NCBI GenBank assembly: GCA_963809485.1
Contig: CAWEJX010000001.1
Location: forward strand, 320,001 to 384,000
DNA length: 64,000 nt
DNA from: an uncultured Acidobacteriota bacterium
GTDB taxonomy: Bacteria; Acidobacteriota; UBA6911
Direction: 5' to 3'
Shown one piece after another: positions 48,771 through 58,140 of this stretch; the stretch's first letter is position 1, and every line of letters begins with the position of its first letter. The translations under genes and the position numbers were made by a program. The notes beneath the pieces are model-generated. The model was given only the letters and a program-made list of their open reading frames with translations, made no database searches and was not told the DNA's origin.

Positions 48771-49649
48771 TTACCTTTTGCTAAACTTTGCCAGCACATC
48801 CGGCGGCAGTGGATAATAGCCCACATCATTGACGACAGCCTGCCCTTCCGCTGTCATAACCCAATCGGTCAGCTTTTTAATCTGGTCTTTGGGCTGGCCA
48901 GCCAGGTACCAGTACAGGAAGCGGCTGATGGGATAGATGTTTTTCTGCACGTTCTCCAGAGTGGGTTCAACACCGGGAGTCTTATTGTCCTTTTTGACTT
49001 TGATTGCTTTGACGCCCTTCAGGTATGCAATCCCGCCATATCCGATGCCACGGACATCCTTGGAGACCGCATTAATGACGGCAGCAGTCCCCGGAAGCGT
49101 CTGGGTCGTCGGATAGTAATCTGCATTTTCCAGAACATGCTCCTTGAAGTACGCGTAGGTGCCGGAGCTGTTTTCGCGTCCGTAGAGGATGATGCGTTCA
49201 TCCTTGCCGCCAAAGTCCTTCCAGTTTTTCGCGGCGCCGGTATAGATCTTTTTTAACTGTTCCAGCGTCAGTTCCGCCAACGGATTTGCGGCATGAACAT
49301 ACACTGCCAACCCATCCAGGGCTACCGGCAGCTCGATGGTGGCAAGGCTGCGTTTTTGCTGAAGCTGGCTTTTTTCCGAATCCTTCATCGGTCGGGACGC
49401 TTCCGCGATATCCGTCGTCCCGTTAATCAGCGCCGCGATCCCGACTCCTGAACCGCCCCCCGTAACCTGAATCATGACTCCAGGGTTCTTTTTCATGTAT
49501 GTTTCAGCCCACCTCTGGCCGAGAAGCACCATCGTGTCGGATCCTTTGATGGAGATGTTGCGCGCCTGGGCAGATGCCGGGATCGATCCCGCAGTTCCGA
49601 TAAGGATGCAGAGAATGAATATCGCTGCAATCACCAAAAGTTTTCTCAT
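48771..49649 (-). CDS. pstS: Phosphate ABC transporter substrate-binding protein (cleavable signal peptide)
   Basis: KGSDTM, GGGSGVG, ASRPMK, RENSSGT, YPISR; ASA-Q cleavage site; GAGGAGG RBS. Confidence 0.95.
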   Translation of the reverse strand: MRKLLVIAAIFILCILIGTAGSIPASAQARNISIKGSDTMVLLGQRWAETYMKKNPGVMIQVTGGGSGVGIAALINGTTDIAEASRPMKDSEKSQLQQKRSLATIELPVALDGLAVYVHAANPLAELTLEQLKKIYTGAAKNWKDFGGKDERIILYGRENSSGTYAYFKEHVLENADYYPTTQTLPGTAAVINAVSKDVRGIGYGGIAYLKGVKAIKVKKDNKTPGVEPTLENVQKNIYPISRFLYWYLAGQPKDQIKKLTDWVMTAEGQAVVNDVGYYPLPPDVLAKFSKR

Positions 49650-49725
49650 AGTTTTTTCCTCCTCAAAACACGGCATGTCTATTTCTTCAAGCATAAAGAT
49701 AATTTCATCAAGGGCTCCTGCCTGA

Positions 49726-51333
49726 TTAAAACTTGTAGATCAGGTCAAACTGCAGCCGCTTTAGATAGTTGTCCCTGCAACCCGACTGATCCGATGTGGT
49801 GCATCTGAGAGTGTCGGAGCCGATAGCAAGGTCTTTGTTGTCATAGGGATTTACCAGCTTACCGATCCATCCGGTAAATTGAGCGGTTACGTTGCTTTTG
49901 ATCGTGTATCCGAAACTCAATTTATGATTGAGTACGTTTGTAGATGAACGCAGATCGCTTTCATTCCAGGCGCCAATGACTGCGTCCTTTTCAATCCTGA
50001 TAAGGGCATAGCCAAATTGAACATCCTTGCTCTCCTTAGACCTTCCGACCGTCAATTCCGTCCAGTAGCCGCTCCGCTCACGCGGTCCGCGGACATTGTT
50101 CACAAAGTTGAAAACCAGACTGGTTGGAAAGCGGGCGCCGGTGTCGAAGTCAAGCTTCATGATGGCATCCAGATATGCGAACTTGCTGGCGTAGCCAATG
50201 ACCACATTGCTTGAGTTGCGAACTAAGGTATTGGAATTCGGAAGACTTGGTCTCAGACTGCTTCCCAGCGCCACAGCTATTGGATCGGAGCGGAGGAAAT
50301 CCAGGCCGGAACCATACAGGCCCAAGCGCACCTTGGAGCCCAACTGGAACTGGGCTTGAATCTGTCCGCCCAGAATATAGCTGTCCGCTCTGCCGGACAC
50401 TTCATTGAATGGAAGCTGAAAACCCACAACTGTGAAATTCTTTAAAACTGGTGAATTCACATCAAAGGATAGTGTTTGTGCGAGTCCTTCCACATTCACA
50501 TCGTTATCAAAGGTCATCGGAGTCCGGTACCATGGATAGGCAAACCTCCCCATGTCGAGCTTAAGAAATTGCGCATACTTCGGCTTGTAGGTAATGTATG
50601 CCTTGTCAATTCCAATGTTCTTTCGATTAAAAAAGCTGGTCAGTGTCTGGTTTGTGGAAACCGGATCGTCGAGGGTTCCCGATGCCAAGGAAAATCCTCC
50701 GCTGAACTCATCGGAAATCTTTCCGGTTATGTTGAAACGAAGACGGAATCGCTCACGAGTTCGGGTTTCGGCTCCCTCCTGGAGGAAAGTTTCTACTCGT
50801 GCCCGGATATCCCCGCTGAAGTTGAAATTGCCAAGCTGTTTACCCTTGGCGTCCGTTTCCTTCTTGTTGGCAGCGGTGTCGGTTTCGAGCTTGGTCAGGC
50901 GCTGATTCGCCTGGGCGTTGCTGTCCGCCACAGCTTCCAGCTCGCCCTTTATAAGTTCAATATCATCCACTTTAGGCTGCTGCGCCTGTTCATCCTGAGA
51001 CGGCTGCGCCACGGAGGAAGCTGCCGCGGCGGACGGTCGCGCTGTTCCAGAGCTTGCCGCCATCGCTTCCACCGCTTTGCCTAGTTGTCTTTTCTGCTGC
51101 TCAAGTTCGGACTTAAGCTGCTCTATTTGCCTGCTTTGAAGGTAGATCAGTTCACGCAGCTCATTCAGCTCGGTAGCTACTGAAACGGGAGAGGGCACAC
51201 TGGCATTAAGCATATCCGAATCCGTAGGTATTTCCTCGGCGTGATCGGAAGCCCGCGCAGGTATGTTCAATAATCCGGCAAGCAGGTTCAGGAAGAAGCA
51301 AAGGCCAATCAAAATGCACCTTATATGTCCCAT
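49726..51333 (-). CDS. Putative outer-membrane porin with N-terminal coiled coil
   Basis: Signal peptide, coiled coil, FSGDIRARVE, alternating beta strands, C-terminal LQFDLIYKF; heads pst operon 1. Confidence 0.8.
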   Translation of the reverse strand: MGHIRCILIGLCFFLNLLAGLLNIPARASDHAEEIPTDSDMLNASVPSPVSVATELNELRELIYLQSRQIEQLKSELEQQKRQLGKAVEAMAASSGTARPSAAAASSVAQPSQDEQAQQPKVDDIELIKGELEAVADSNAQANQRLTKLETDTAANKKETDAKGKQLGNFNFSGDIRARVETFLQEGAETRTRERFRLRFNITGKISDEFSGGFSLASGTLDDPVSTNQTLTSFFNRKNIGIDKAYITYKPKYAQFLKLDMGRFAYPWYRTPMTFDNDVNVEGLAQTLSFDVNSPVLKNFTVVGFQLPFNEVSGRADSYILGGQIQAQFQLGSKVRLGLYGSGLDFLRSDPIAVALGSSLRPSLPNSNTLVRNSSNVVIGYASKFAYLDAIMKLDFDTGARFPTSLVFNFVNNVRGPRERSGYWTELTVGRSKESKDVQFGYALIRIEKDAVIGAWNESDLRSSTNVLNHKLSFGYTIKSNVTAQFTGWIGKLVNPYDNKDLAIGSDTLRCTTSDQSGCRDNYLKRLQFDLIYKF

Positions 51334-51422
51334 CTATCATCCCTCCAACATTTGTTTCCACAGGTGTATTCCCGACATTCTTTCCCCAATAGCCAGCCCA
51401 ACAATACACAGCAATAGTTGCG

Positions 51423-51455
51423 ATGAGATGAAGCCTTTGTGAATCTTCTGTTAAA
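51423..51455 (-). promoter_or_regulatory. PHO-box array (3 x 11 bp) upstream of the porin-pst operon
   Basis: Minus strand TTTAACAGAAG/ATTCACAAAGG/CTTCATCTCAT. Confidence 0.7.
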
Positions 51456-51529
51456 TAAATTGCGGTCGTTTTCTTCCTTCAACAAACCTGTCTGCCTCGC
51501 CTGTAACGAATTTCAATCCCCGTCGAAAT

Positions 51530-51573
51530 TTTCATCGCAATTTCACATCCTGTTCACGAAATTTTAACAATTG
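51530..51573 (+). promoter_or_regulatory. PHO-box array (4 x 11 bp) upstream of the hypothetical gene and phoB paralog
   Basis: TTTCATCGCAA/TTTCACATCCT/GTTCACGAAAT/TTTAACAATTG. Confidence 0.72.
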
Positions 51574-51601
51574 AGGTCTTTTCTTATATTCAGGATTGTA
51601 T

Positions 51602-52117
51602 ATGAAGAGCGTGAATCTCAGAGCGCTGATTCGCCGAACAGTCCGCCGTATCAACCGGATACGCTCCGGTATCGGAGCGCCCGTGTATCTCTCCATCCCT
51701 GTCAATCTTCCAGAATGTTCCTGGCGCGACTGCAGCCTTGAAAAACTGATCGAGAGGCTGATCCATTATGCGGCACTGATAGGCAATCCAGCCAGAACCT
51801 TGAGAATTTCGGTGCATCCAAGAAAACAATTACTGGATCTGGATAGATTTTTCGGTGTCTCTCAGGCCCGCTGGGTTCAAATTAGAATCGAGATCGAGTC
51901 TTCAGAATTCGCGACAGGTGCCCAAAAACTCCTGCAGGATCATGGCTATCGCTGTCAGGAATGGATCCCTGTTGAGGGTACAATCACGCAGCTTGGAGCT
52001 TTTCGTTTCCGGTCGGAAGAAACACCTCAGATTCTGTTTCTGGCCCGGAATCATGGTCGCAGAAGCAGCTGCGACTTCCTGATTCCGCTGGCCGATTCGC
52101 TCTCTCTTTCGCGATAG
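51602..52117 (+). CDS. Hypothetical protein, possibly a degenerate GHKL/HATPase-like domain
   Basis: 171 aa ORF downstream of PHO boxes; hydrophobic pattern resembles a kinase CA domain without N/G boxes. Confidence 0.55.
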   Translation: MKSVNLRALIRRTVRRINRIRSGIGAPVYLSIPVNLPECSWRDCSLEKLIERLIHYAALIGNPARTLRISVHPRKQLLDLDRFFGVSQARWVQIRIEIESSEFATGAQKLLQDHGYRCQEWIPVEGTITQLGAFRFRSEETPQILFLARNHGRRSSCDFLIPLADSLSLSR

Positions 52118-52322
52118 CCCGACCTGAGAGATATCCCGATGCTTCCGACACGATCTCCACATAAACAGGACTGGGTGTTATTCGACCTATGAAGAATGCA
52201 AAGCATACGTTCGGTTCGTAGACCGGTTTTTTGATTTATTCCCCATTTCTCATCGATGTAGAATGACCCGGCAGATTCGGGACTTGCAGGGAAGGAATCC
52301 CAAAATTCCGGGAAAAGCATCT

Positions 52323-53018
52323 ATGGCAAAGGGCCGGGTTCTGGTTATCGACGATGAGAAAGACCTGATCGAGCTGGTGCGCTATAACCTCGAGAAGGAA
52401 GGATTTCAGGTAAAAAGCGCAAAGGATGGCGAACGGGGTTTGGCCGCCGCCCTGCAGGAACTGCCGGATATCATTCTCATCGACCTGATGCTGCCCGGCA
52501 TCGACGGGCTTGATGTCTGCCGCTCCTTGCGCACCCACAGCCGGACGGCGCGCATTCCCGTCATTATGCTGACGGCCAAATCCGAGGAATCGGATCGTGT
52601 GCTGGGGCTCGAGTTGGGAGCGGACGACTACGTCACGAAGCCGTTCAGCCCCCGCGAGCTGATCGCCAGAATCAAGGCGGTGCTGAGGCGTACTTCAACG
52701 CCGCAAGCTCCTTCGGATGTGATCCGGCGCGGCGGGTTGATCATCGACCTCATGCGGCGCGAGGTAACCTGCGGGGGAGAGCCTATCCTCCTGACTGCCA
52801 CGGAATTCCGCCTGCTGCAGTTCCTGGCCGATCATCCCGGACGTGTATTCTCGCGCTCCCAGTTGATTGATGGTGCCTTGGGAAGGGATGTTTCGGTCGT
52901 GGACCGCACCATCGACGTTCACATCACAGGACTGCGGAAAAAGCTCGCCGCCTGCGGCGAGTGGATCGAAACCGTCCGCGGCTTTGGATACCGCTTCAGA
53001 GAACAGGCCGGGTCCTGA
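52323..53018 (+). CDS. phoB: OmpR-family response regulator, PhoB paralog
   Basis: VIDDE, DLMLPG, LELGADDYVTKPFS, RTIDVHI, ETVRGFGY; lies in the pst island. Confidence 0.8.
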   Translation: MAKGRVLVIDDEKDLIELVRYNLEKEGFQVKSAKDGERGLAAALQELPDIILIDLMLPGIDGLDVCRSLRTHSRTARIPVIMLTAKSEESDRVLGLELGADDYVTKPFSPRELIARIKAVLRRTSTPQAPSDVIRRGGLIIDLMRREVTCGGEPILLTATEFRLLQFLADHPGRVFSRSQLIDGALGRDVSVVDRTIDVHITGLRKKLAACGEWIETVRGFGYRFREQAGS

Positions 53019-53042
53019 AAGCATCGATTTTGCGGTCGCTGT

Positions 53043-54800
53043 CTATTGGCTGTTCAGAGGCAGGTGCACGTAAAAGGTAGAACCCTTCCCCACTTCGCTT
53101 TCCACCCGTATGCGGCCGCCATGGGCTTCCACAAGATGCTTGACAATTGACAAGCCCAGGCCCGTTCCTCCCGATTCCCGCGACCTCGCGGCATCTGCGC
53201 GATAAAACCTTTCAAAAATTCTATCCTGGTCTGCCTTTGGAATCCCGATACCCGTGTCCGCCACGGACAGAACCATTTCCGAACCCTCAACGGCTGCCTT
53301 CACCTGAATGCTTCCTCCCGCAGCAGTGTACCGTAAAGCGTTACCCAGAAGGTTCTGGAGGATCTCCTGAAAGGATCGCAGGTCGCCGGACAGCAAGGGC
53401 AGATCGGCGCTGTATTCCGCCTCCAGCAAAAGCTGCTTCTGCCGGGCCTCTATCCGCGCTACATCCATGCAGGGATCGATGATTTGTGAAACCGCGACGG
53501 GCTGCTTTTCACAATGCATTTGCCCCGCCTCGATTTGAGCCAGCTTCAGCAGGTCGTCGGTCAGTCGTCCCAGCCGCAGGGTGTGTTCGCGCATAATCTC
53601 CAAAAAACGCCTGCGGTTATGAGCATCCTCGAGTGCGCCTCCGAGCAGAGTCTCCGCAAACCCCTGGATTGCCGTAAGCGGAGTTTTGAATTCGTGCGAA
53701 ATGTTGGCGATGAAATCGCGGCGCGCCCGTTCCAGTCTTCGCATTTCCGTAATATCGTGAAGCACCATGACTGCGCCCTTCGTGGCCCCTTCGGAGCGTA
53801 TCGGCGCCGATGTGACGGCATAGCTGCGTGTCCGGATGGATCCGACGGTCACTTCCCCGCGAAGAGTTTCCCCGCCGGTCAGAGCCTTCAGAATGAAGGA
53901 GAGAAGGTCCGAATGACGGACGAGTTCCACTACGGGGCGCCCCTCGCAGGATATGTTCGGAATGCCTGCCGACTGGCGGAAAGCCCCATTGCAGTAAATG
54001 AGCCGGTTGTCTCCACCGATGACCGCAACTCCCTCTTCCATGCTGGCGAGAATCGCGGAAGACTGGTTCCTTTCCTCCGTCAGGGTTCTTATCGTGTGAT
54101 CCAGCTTCTGTGCCGTTTGATTGAGGGCGCTGGACAATTCGGCCAGCTCATCTCTGCGGCGGTCCATCGGCAGCAGCCGGAAATCGCCCTCTGCAACACG
54201 ACGCGAAAACTCCATAAGGCGTCCAATGCGTGCGGAAAAAGACCGGAAAAACAGCAGCGAAGCGCCTCCCGTCACGACCAGGATCAAAAAGGACATTGCC
54301 CAGAGACGGCTGCGAAACTCTTTGACTGCCTTTTCAAGCCGCTCGAGGGGCAACGACAGTCTAAGCACCAATGGTTGCCCATCATACGCCTGATATCGCT
54401 TTGCGAGATACACAAGGTCGTGCCGGAGCGTAGGGCTGCGCCGGACGGCGCGCCCGGAACTCTTTTCAAGCGCCTCCCTAATTTCCGGACGCGCCAGGTG
54501 GTTTTCCATTTTCGCCGGATCCTCCCCCGAATCCGCCAGCACCTTGCCGTTGCCCGCTACCAGAGTCATCCGGTCATCACTCCGGCCAAACCAGCCTGCC
54601 CATTCTTTCAGGACCGATTCATCCAAAGAGGCGGGGGGACTTGCCAATGCCAGCCTGGAAAGGGAGTCCAAATGCGAAAAAGCCGCGTCCAGGTGCTCGC
54701 GCCTCAAAGACCGGACCACATAGGCGTCCAGAGCGAAGATGGCCAGCAGCAGAAGAAGCAGGTAAAGCAGTCCTATTTTCCAGAAAAGCCTGTTTTTCAT
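53043..54800 (-). CDS. phoR: Phosphate regulon sensor kinase (TM-HAMP-PAS-HisKA-HATPase)
   Basis: MENHLARPEI, FIANISHEFKTPLT, IFERFYR.D.ARSRESGGTGLGL. Confidence 0.9.
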   Translation of the reverse strand: MKNRLFWKIGLLYLLLLLLAIFALDAYVVRSLRREHLDAAFSHLDSLSRLALASPPASLDESVLKEWAGWFGRSDDRMTLVAGNGKVLADSGEDPAKMENHLARPEIREALEKSSGRAVRRSPTLRHDLVYLAKRYQAYDGQPLVLRLSLPLERLEKAVKEFRSRLWAMSFLILVVTGGASLLFFRSFSARIGRLMEFSRRVAEGDFRLLPMDRRRDELAELSSALNQTAQKLDHTIRTLTEERNQSSAILASMEEGVAVIGGDNRLIYCNGAFRQSAGIPNISCEGRPVVELVRHSDLLSFILKALTGGETLRGEVTVGSIRTRSYAVTSAPIRSEGATKGAVMVLHDITEMRRLERARRDFIANISHEFKTPLTAIQGFAETLLGGALEDAHNRRRFLEIMREHTLRLGRLTDDLLKLAQIEAGQMHCEKQPVAVSQIIDPCMDVARIEARQKQLLLEAEYSADLPLLSGDLRSFQEILQNLLGNALRYTAAGGSIQVKAAVEGSEMVLSVADTGIGIPKADQDRIFERFYRADAARSRESGGTGLGLSIVKHLVEAHGGRIRVESEVGKGSTFYVHLPLNSQ

Positions 54801-54919
54801 TTAGGTGCAATTCTCCCGAATATAGGGTCTACGCCGAATTGAAACCCGGCCTCCGGTCCTGCCTTGTGTCAATTCCTGGTTTGCTTCCTACTCTTGAAAA
54901 TTCCGCATCCTGGCAAGAG

Positions 54920-55840
54920 CTAGCAATGCTTGATTACGGCGAGAGTAAGATCATCCGTCTGTTCGGCCTTTGAGCGCCGGTCCCGCAGGATCGCAGAGCA
55001 GATATCCCTGGCGCTCGCATCCTTTGCGCCGGATACAGCCCGTTCAAGGTGTTTCTGAGTATAGGATGAAAAAGGATCCAGCAGGCCATCCGTATATAGC
55101 AGCAACACATCTCCCTGCCCCATCAGGTTGAGTTCATTGACAGTGTATCGCTTTTTGTAGCCGAGGGGCCTCTCATAGTGGCTGGCGTCGGCCTGATCCT
55201 CGCTGGGCTGGAGCCCTATGGGCGGGTAGCTGATGAGCCTGTCCTGGCTTATCTCCACAAAACAATCGTATGCCCTGGAGAAAACCAGCGGCGGCGGATG
55301 TCCCGCACTCACAAACCGGAAACGGCCCGTGTGCGAAATCTCCCCGTAGATCAAAGTGATGAAAGTGTTGGCATCCGGTGTGGCTGCGAGGTTGCGCAGC
55401 GTCGATGACTTTAAAAAGCGCGTGTTTACCTGCTCGAAAAGACGCGTCGTAACCTCCCCATTCAAATCCATCTCATACAGGGCGGCAGTATGGAAAACCT
55501 GGTGCAGCATGAGAGCCCGGATCGCATCGGCAAAAGCGTGCCCGGCGACATCGGCGACCAGGACTCCCCCGCTGCGTTTGAGCCTCTGAAGAGACTTCAC
55601 GACTCCATCCTGTCCCTGTGAAGCGGCAACCCGGATCCGCGCATCCAGATCGAACCGTTCCCGGAAATTCATGTAGGTGATCAGATCCCCGCCCGCGATG
55701 CCGTTAAAGGGTATGGTCATGCCGTAGATGTCCGTGCCGGGGATTTTGGGTATAGCACCGGGCGCCGGCATAAGACGCTGCGACATGTATCGGGCGCCTT
55801 TCCGCAGTTCTTCATCAATAGAAATGTTGGAGTGCTCCAT
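54920..55840 (-). CDS. Stand-alone SpoIIE/PP2C-family protein phosphatase
   Basis: AGGDL, ADVAGH, SAGHPPP, LYTDG, DDLT. Confidence 0.88.
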   Translation of the reverse strand: MEHSNISIDEELRKGARYMSQRLMPAPGAIPKIPGTDIYGMTIPFNGIAGGDLITYMNFRERFDLDARIRVAASQGQDGVVKSLQRLKRSGGVLVADVAGHAFADAIRALMLHQVFHTAALYEMDLNGEVTTRLFEQVNTRFLKSSTLRNLAATPDANTFITLIYGEISHTGRFRFVSAGHPPPLVFSRAYDCFVEISQDRLISYPPIGLQPSEDQADASHYERPLGYKKRYTVNELNLMGQGDVLLLYTDGLLDPFSSYTQKHLERAVSGAKDASARDICSAILRDRRSKAEQTDDLTLAVIKHC

Positions 55841-55965
55841 CCCCTTGCCCAATCTTCTGTGACCATGGGCGCTGCCGGAAGATTGGCCGCGCGGGAATTC
55901 GACCTATGCCCGCGCGCGGCGCCTCCGTCCGCCCTAAAGAAAACCCGGATCCGGCCTCCAATATA

Positions 55966-56673
55966 TCAGGATCTTTGCGGCGGAGGAAACTCTTCACGAA
56001 ATTTATAGCCGAAACCACGGACGGTCTCGATCCAGCCGCCGCATTTGCCCAGTTTTCTCCGCAGCGACATTATGTGAACGTCCATGGTCCTTTCCAGAAC
56101 GGTGACATCCGTCCCCAGAGCGCCGTCCATCATGGCGTTTCGCGAATAAACATACCCGGGGTGCGAGGCAAGGAAGTGCAGGAGACGATATTCGGTGGCG
56201 GTCAGGTCCACAGCCCTGCCGCTGCAGAAAACCTCGTGGCTGGCTGGATCCAGGGAAAGGTTCCCCCGTTTAACGATGGCCGGCTGTTTCCGCAAGTCCG
56301 ACGAGCGCCGTAGTAATGCCTTGATCCTCGCAGTCAACTCCCGCGGGCTGAAAGGCTTTGTCACATAGTCATCCGCTCCGAGCTCCAAGCCCACGACCCG
56401 GTCCGATTCGCCGGTTTTGGCCGTCAGTATTATTGTCGGGATGTGGGATATTCTGACGTCCGCCCTCAGCAGACGGCAAACCTCGAATCCGTCTATACCC
56501 GGAAGCATCAGATCAACGACTATGACATCGGGCTTTTTGCCGGCAGCCATGGACAAACCCGTCTCCCCGTCGCCGGCGCCGATGACCTCGAAGCCCTCTT
56601 TCTCGAGATTGTACCGGACGAGCTCGATAATATCCGCTTCGTCGTCGATTACGAGCACGATTCCTTTGGGCAT
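55966..56673 (-). CDS. phoB: OmpR-family response regulator PhoB
   Basis: VIDDE, DLMLPG, ADDYVTKPFS, ETVRGFGY; follows phoU and precedes phoR. Confidence 0.88.
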   Translation of the reverse strand: MPKGIVLVIDDEADIIELVRYNLEKEGFEVIGAGDGETGLSMAAGKKPDVIVVDLMLPGIDGFEVCRLLRADVRISHIPTIILTAKTGESDRVVGLELGADDYVTKPFSPRELTARIKALLRRSSDLRKQPAIVKRGNLSLDPASHEVFCSGRAVDLTATEYRLLHFLASHPGYVYSRNAMMDGALGTDVTVLERTMDVHIMSLRRKLGKCGGWIETVRGFGYKFREEFPPPQRS

Positions 56674-56683
56674 AACGAAATAT

Positions 56684-57361
56684 TCAGGACCGGGAGGTCC
56701 GCTCGCTGCTTTCATGTTTGTGGCGCACTTCGCGGCCTTCGACCAGGTAAATCACTTCTTCTGCGATATTCGTTGCGTGATCTCCCACGCGCTCCAGGTT
56801 TCGCGAAATCAGGATCAAAGCCAGGGCGCGCTGGATCGTTCCGGGATCGGCCATCATGTAGGTCAGCAGAACGCGAAAAATCTGATCGCGATATGCATCG
56901 ACCTTTTTTTCCTCCTCCAAAACCCTGTTGGCCAGCGTGCAGTCTCTCGCGACCAGCGCCTCGAGGCTGTCGCGCACCATCCGCTCGGCGATCTCCCCCA
57001 TAACCGGCAGATCGACGAAAGGCTTCAAGGGGGGCGCGTTGATCACGTGATGGGCATTTTCGACGATGTTGACCGCCTGGTCGGCGATCCTTTCCAGTTC
57101 CGTGGCAATGCGTGAGGCCATAAAAAGGAACCGCACATCCGTGCCGACAGGCTGCTGCAGGGCCGTCAGCTTTACGGCACTGTCGTCGATTTCAATCTGG
57201 AGTTCATTCACTTCACTCTCCTTGCGGTTCACCTCGTCTGCGAGCGACGCGTTGCGCTCGATCAGGATCCGGAGCGCGGTCTGAACCATCGATTCCGCCA
57301 GCCGTCCCATAAGGAGAAGTTTGTCGAGCAGTTCCTGGATCAATTCGTCAAAGTGGCGCAT
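56684..57361 (-). CDS. phoU: Phosphate signalling protein PhoU (copy 2)
   Basis: LQQPVGTDVR, LERIAD, LERVGDHATNIAE. Confidence 0.94.
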   Translation of the reverse strand: MRHFDELIQELLDKLLLMGRLAESMVQTALRILIERNASLADEVNRKESEVNELQIEIDDSAVKLTALQQPVGTDVRFLFMASRIATELERIADQAVNIVENAHHVINAPPLKPFVDLPVMGEIAERMVRDSLEALVARDCTLANRVLEEEKKVDAYRDQIFRVLLTYMMADPGTIQRALALILISRNLERVGDHATNIAEEVIYLVEGREVRHKHESSERTSRS

Positions 57362-58137
57362 TAGCCGAACCTCCCTGATATATATTGCTCCGTCCTCGGA
57401 TCAGACGGCTTGGTGAAGATGGTCCGGGTCTCCCCATCCTCGACAAGTTCGCCCAGCAGCATGAAGGCCGTGTCGTCGGAGATTCTGGCGGCCTGCTGCA
57501 TGTTGTGCGTGACAATCACAATCGTGTAGTTTGCCTTGAGCTCCAGCATCAGCTCCTCGATCCTTGCCGTGGCGATCGGGTCAAGAGCGGAAGCGGGTTC
57601 GTCCATCAGGAGGACTTCCGGTTCCACCGCGAGCAGCCTTGAGATGCAGATACGCTGCTGCTGCTCCGGGGACAGCGATAGAGCCGACGTCCCCAAACGG
57701 TCCTTCAACGTGTCCCACAGACCGACCGAGCGCAGGCTGTGCTCCACGCGGCCCGCCAGCTCTTCCCCTTTGACCATGTTGTGGATCTTCGGCCCATAGG
57801 CGACATTTTCAAACACGGAGAGAGGGAAAGGATTGGGGCGCTGGAAAACCATTCCGACTCGTTTCCTCAGCTGCCTTAAATCGATGTCGCCGGCATAAAT
57901 GGATTTGCTGTCGAGGAGGACATCTCCCGAAACCCTCACCTTCGGAATGGTTTCATTCATGCGGTTGATGACTCTTAACAGCGTCGATTTTCCGCAACCG
58001 GAAGGGCCGATGATGGCGGTGATAGCCCTGGGACGAATGGAAATGGTGACATTGATCAAGGCGTGAAACTGGTCGTACCAGAGATTCAACGATCGGGCTT
58101 CAATTTTGGTTTCGCGGACATCCGTAATATTTACCAT
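57361..58137 (-). CDS. pstB: Phosphate ABC ATPase with degenerate signature motif (LSPEQ)
   Basis: [39 protein letters not shown]. Confidence 0.93.
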   Translation of the reverse strand: MVNITDVRETKIEARSLNLWYDQFHALINVTISIRPRAITAIIGPSGCGKSTLLRVINRMNETIPKVRVSGDVLLDSKSIYAGDIDLRQLRKRVGMVFQRPNPFPLSVFENVAYGPKIHNMVKGEELAGRVEHSLRSVGLWDTLKDRLGTSALSLSPEQQQRICISRLLAVEPEVLLMDEPASALDPIATARIEELMLELKANYTIVIVTHNMQQAARISDDTAFMLLGELVEDGETRTIFTKPSDPRTEQYISGRFG

Positions 58138-58140
58138 AAT

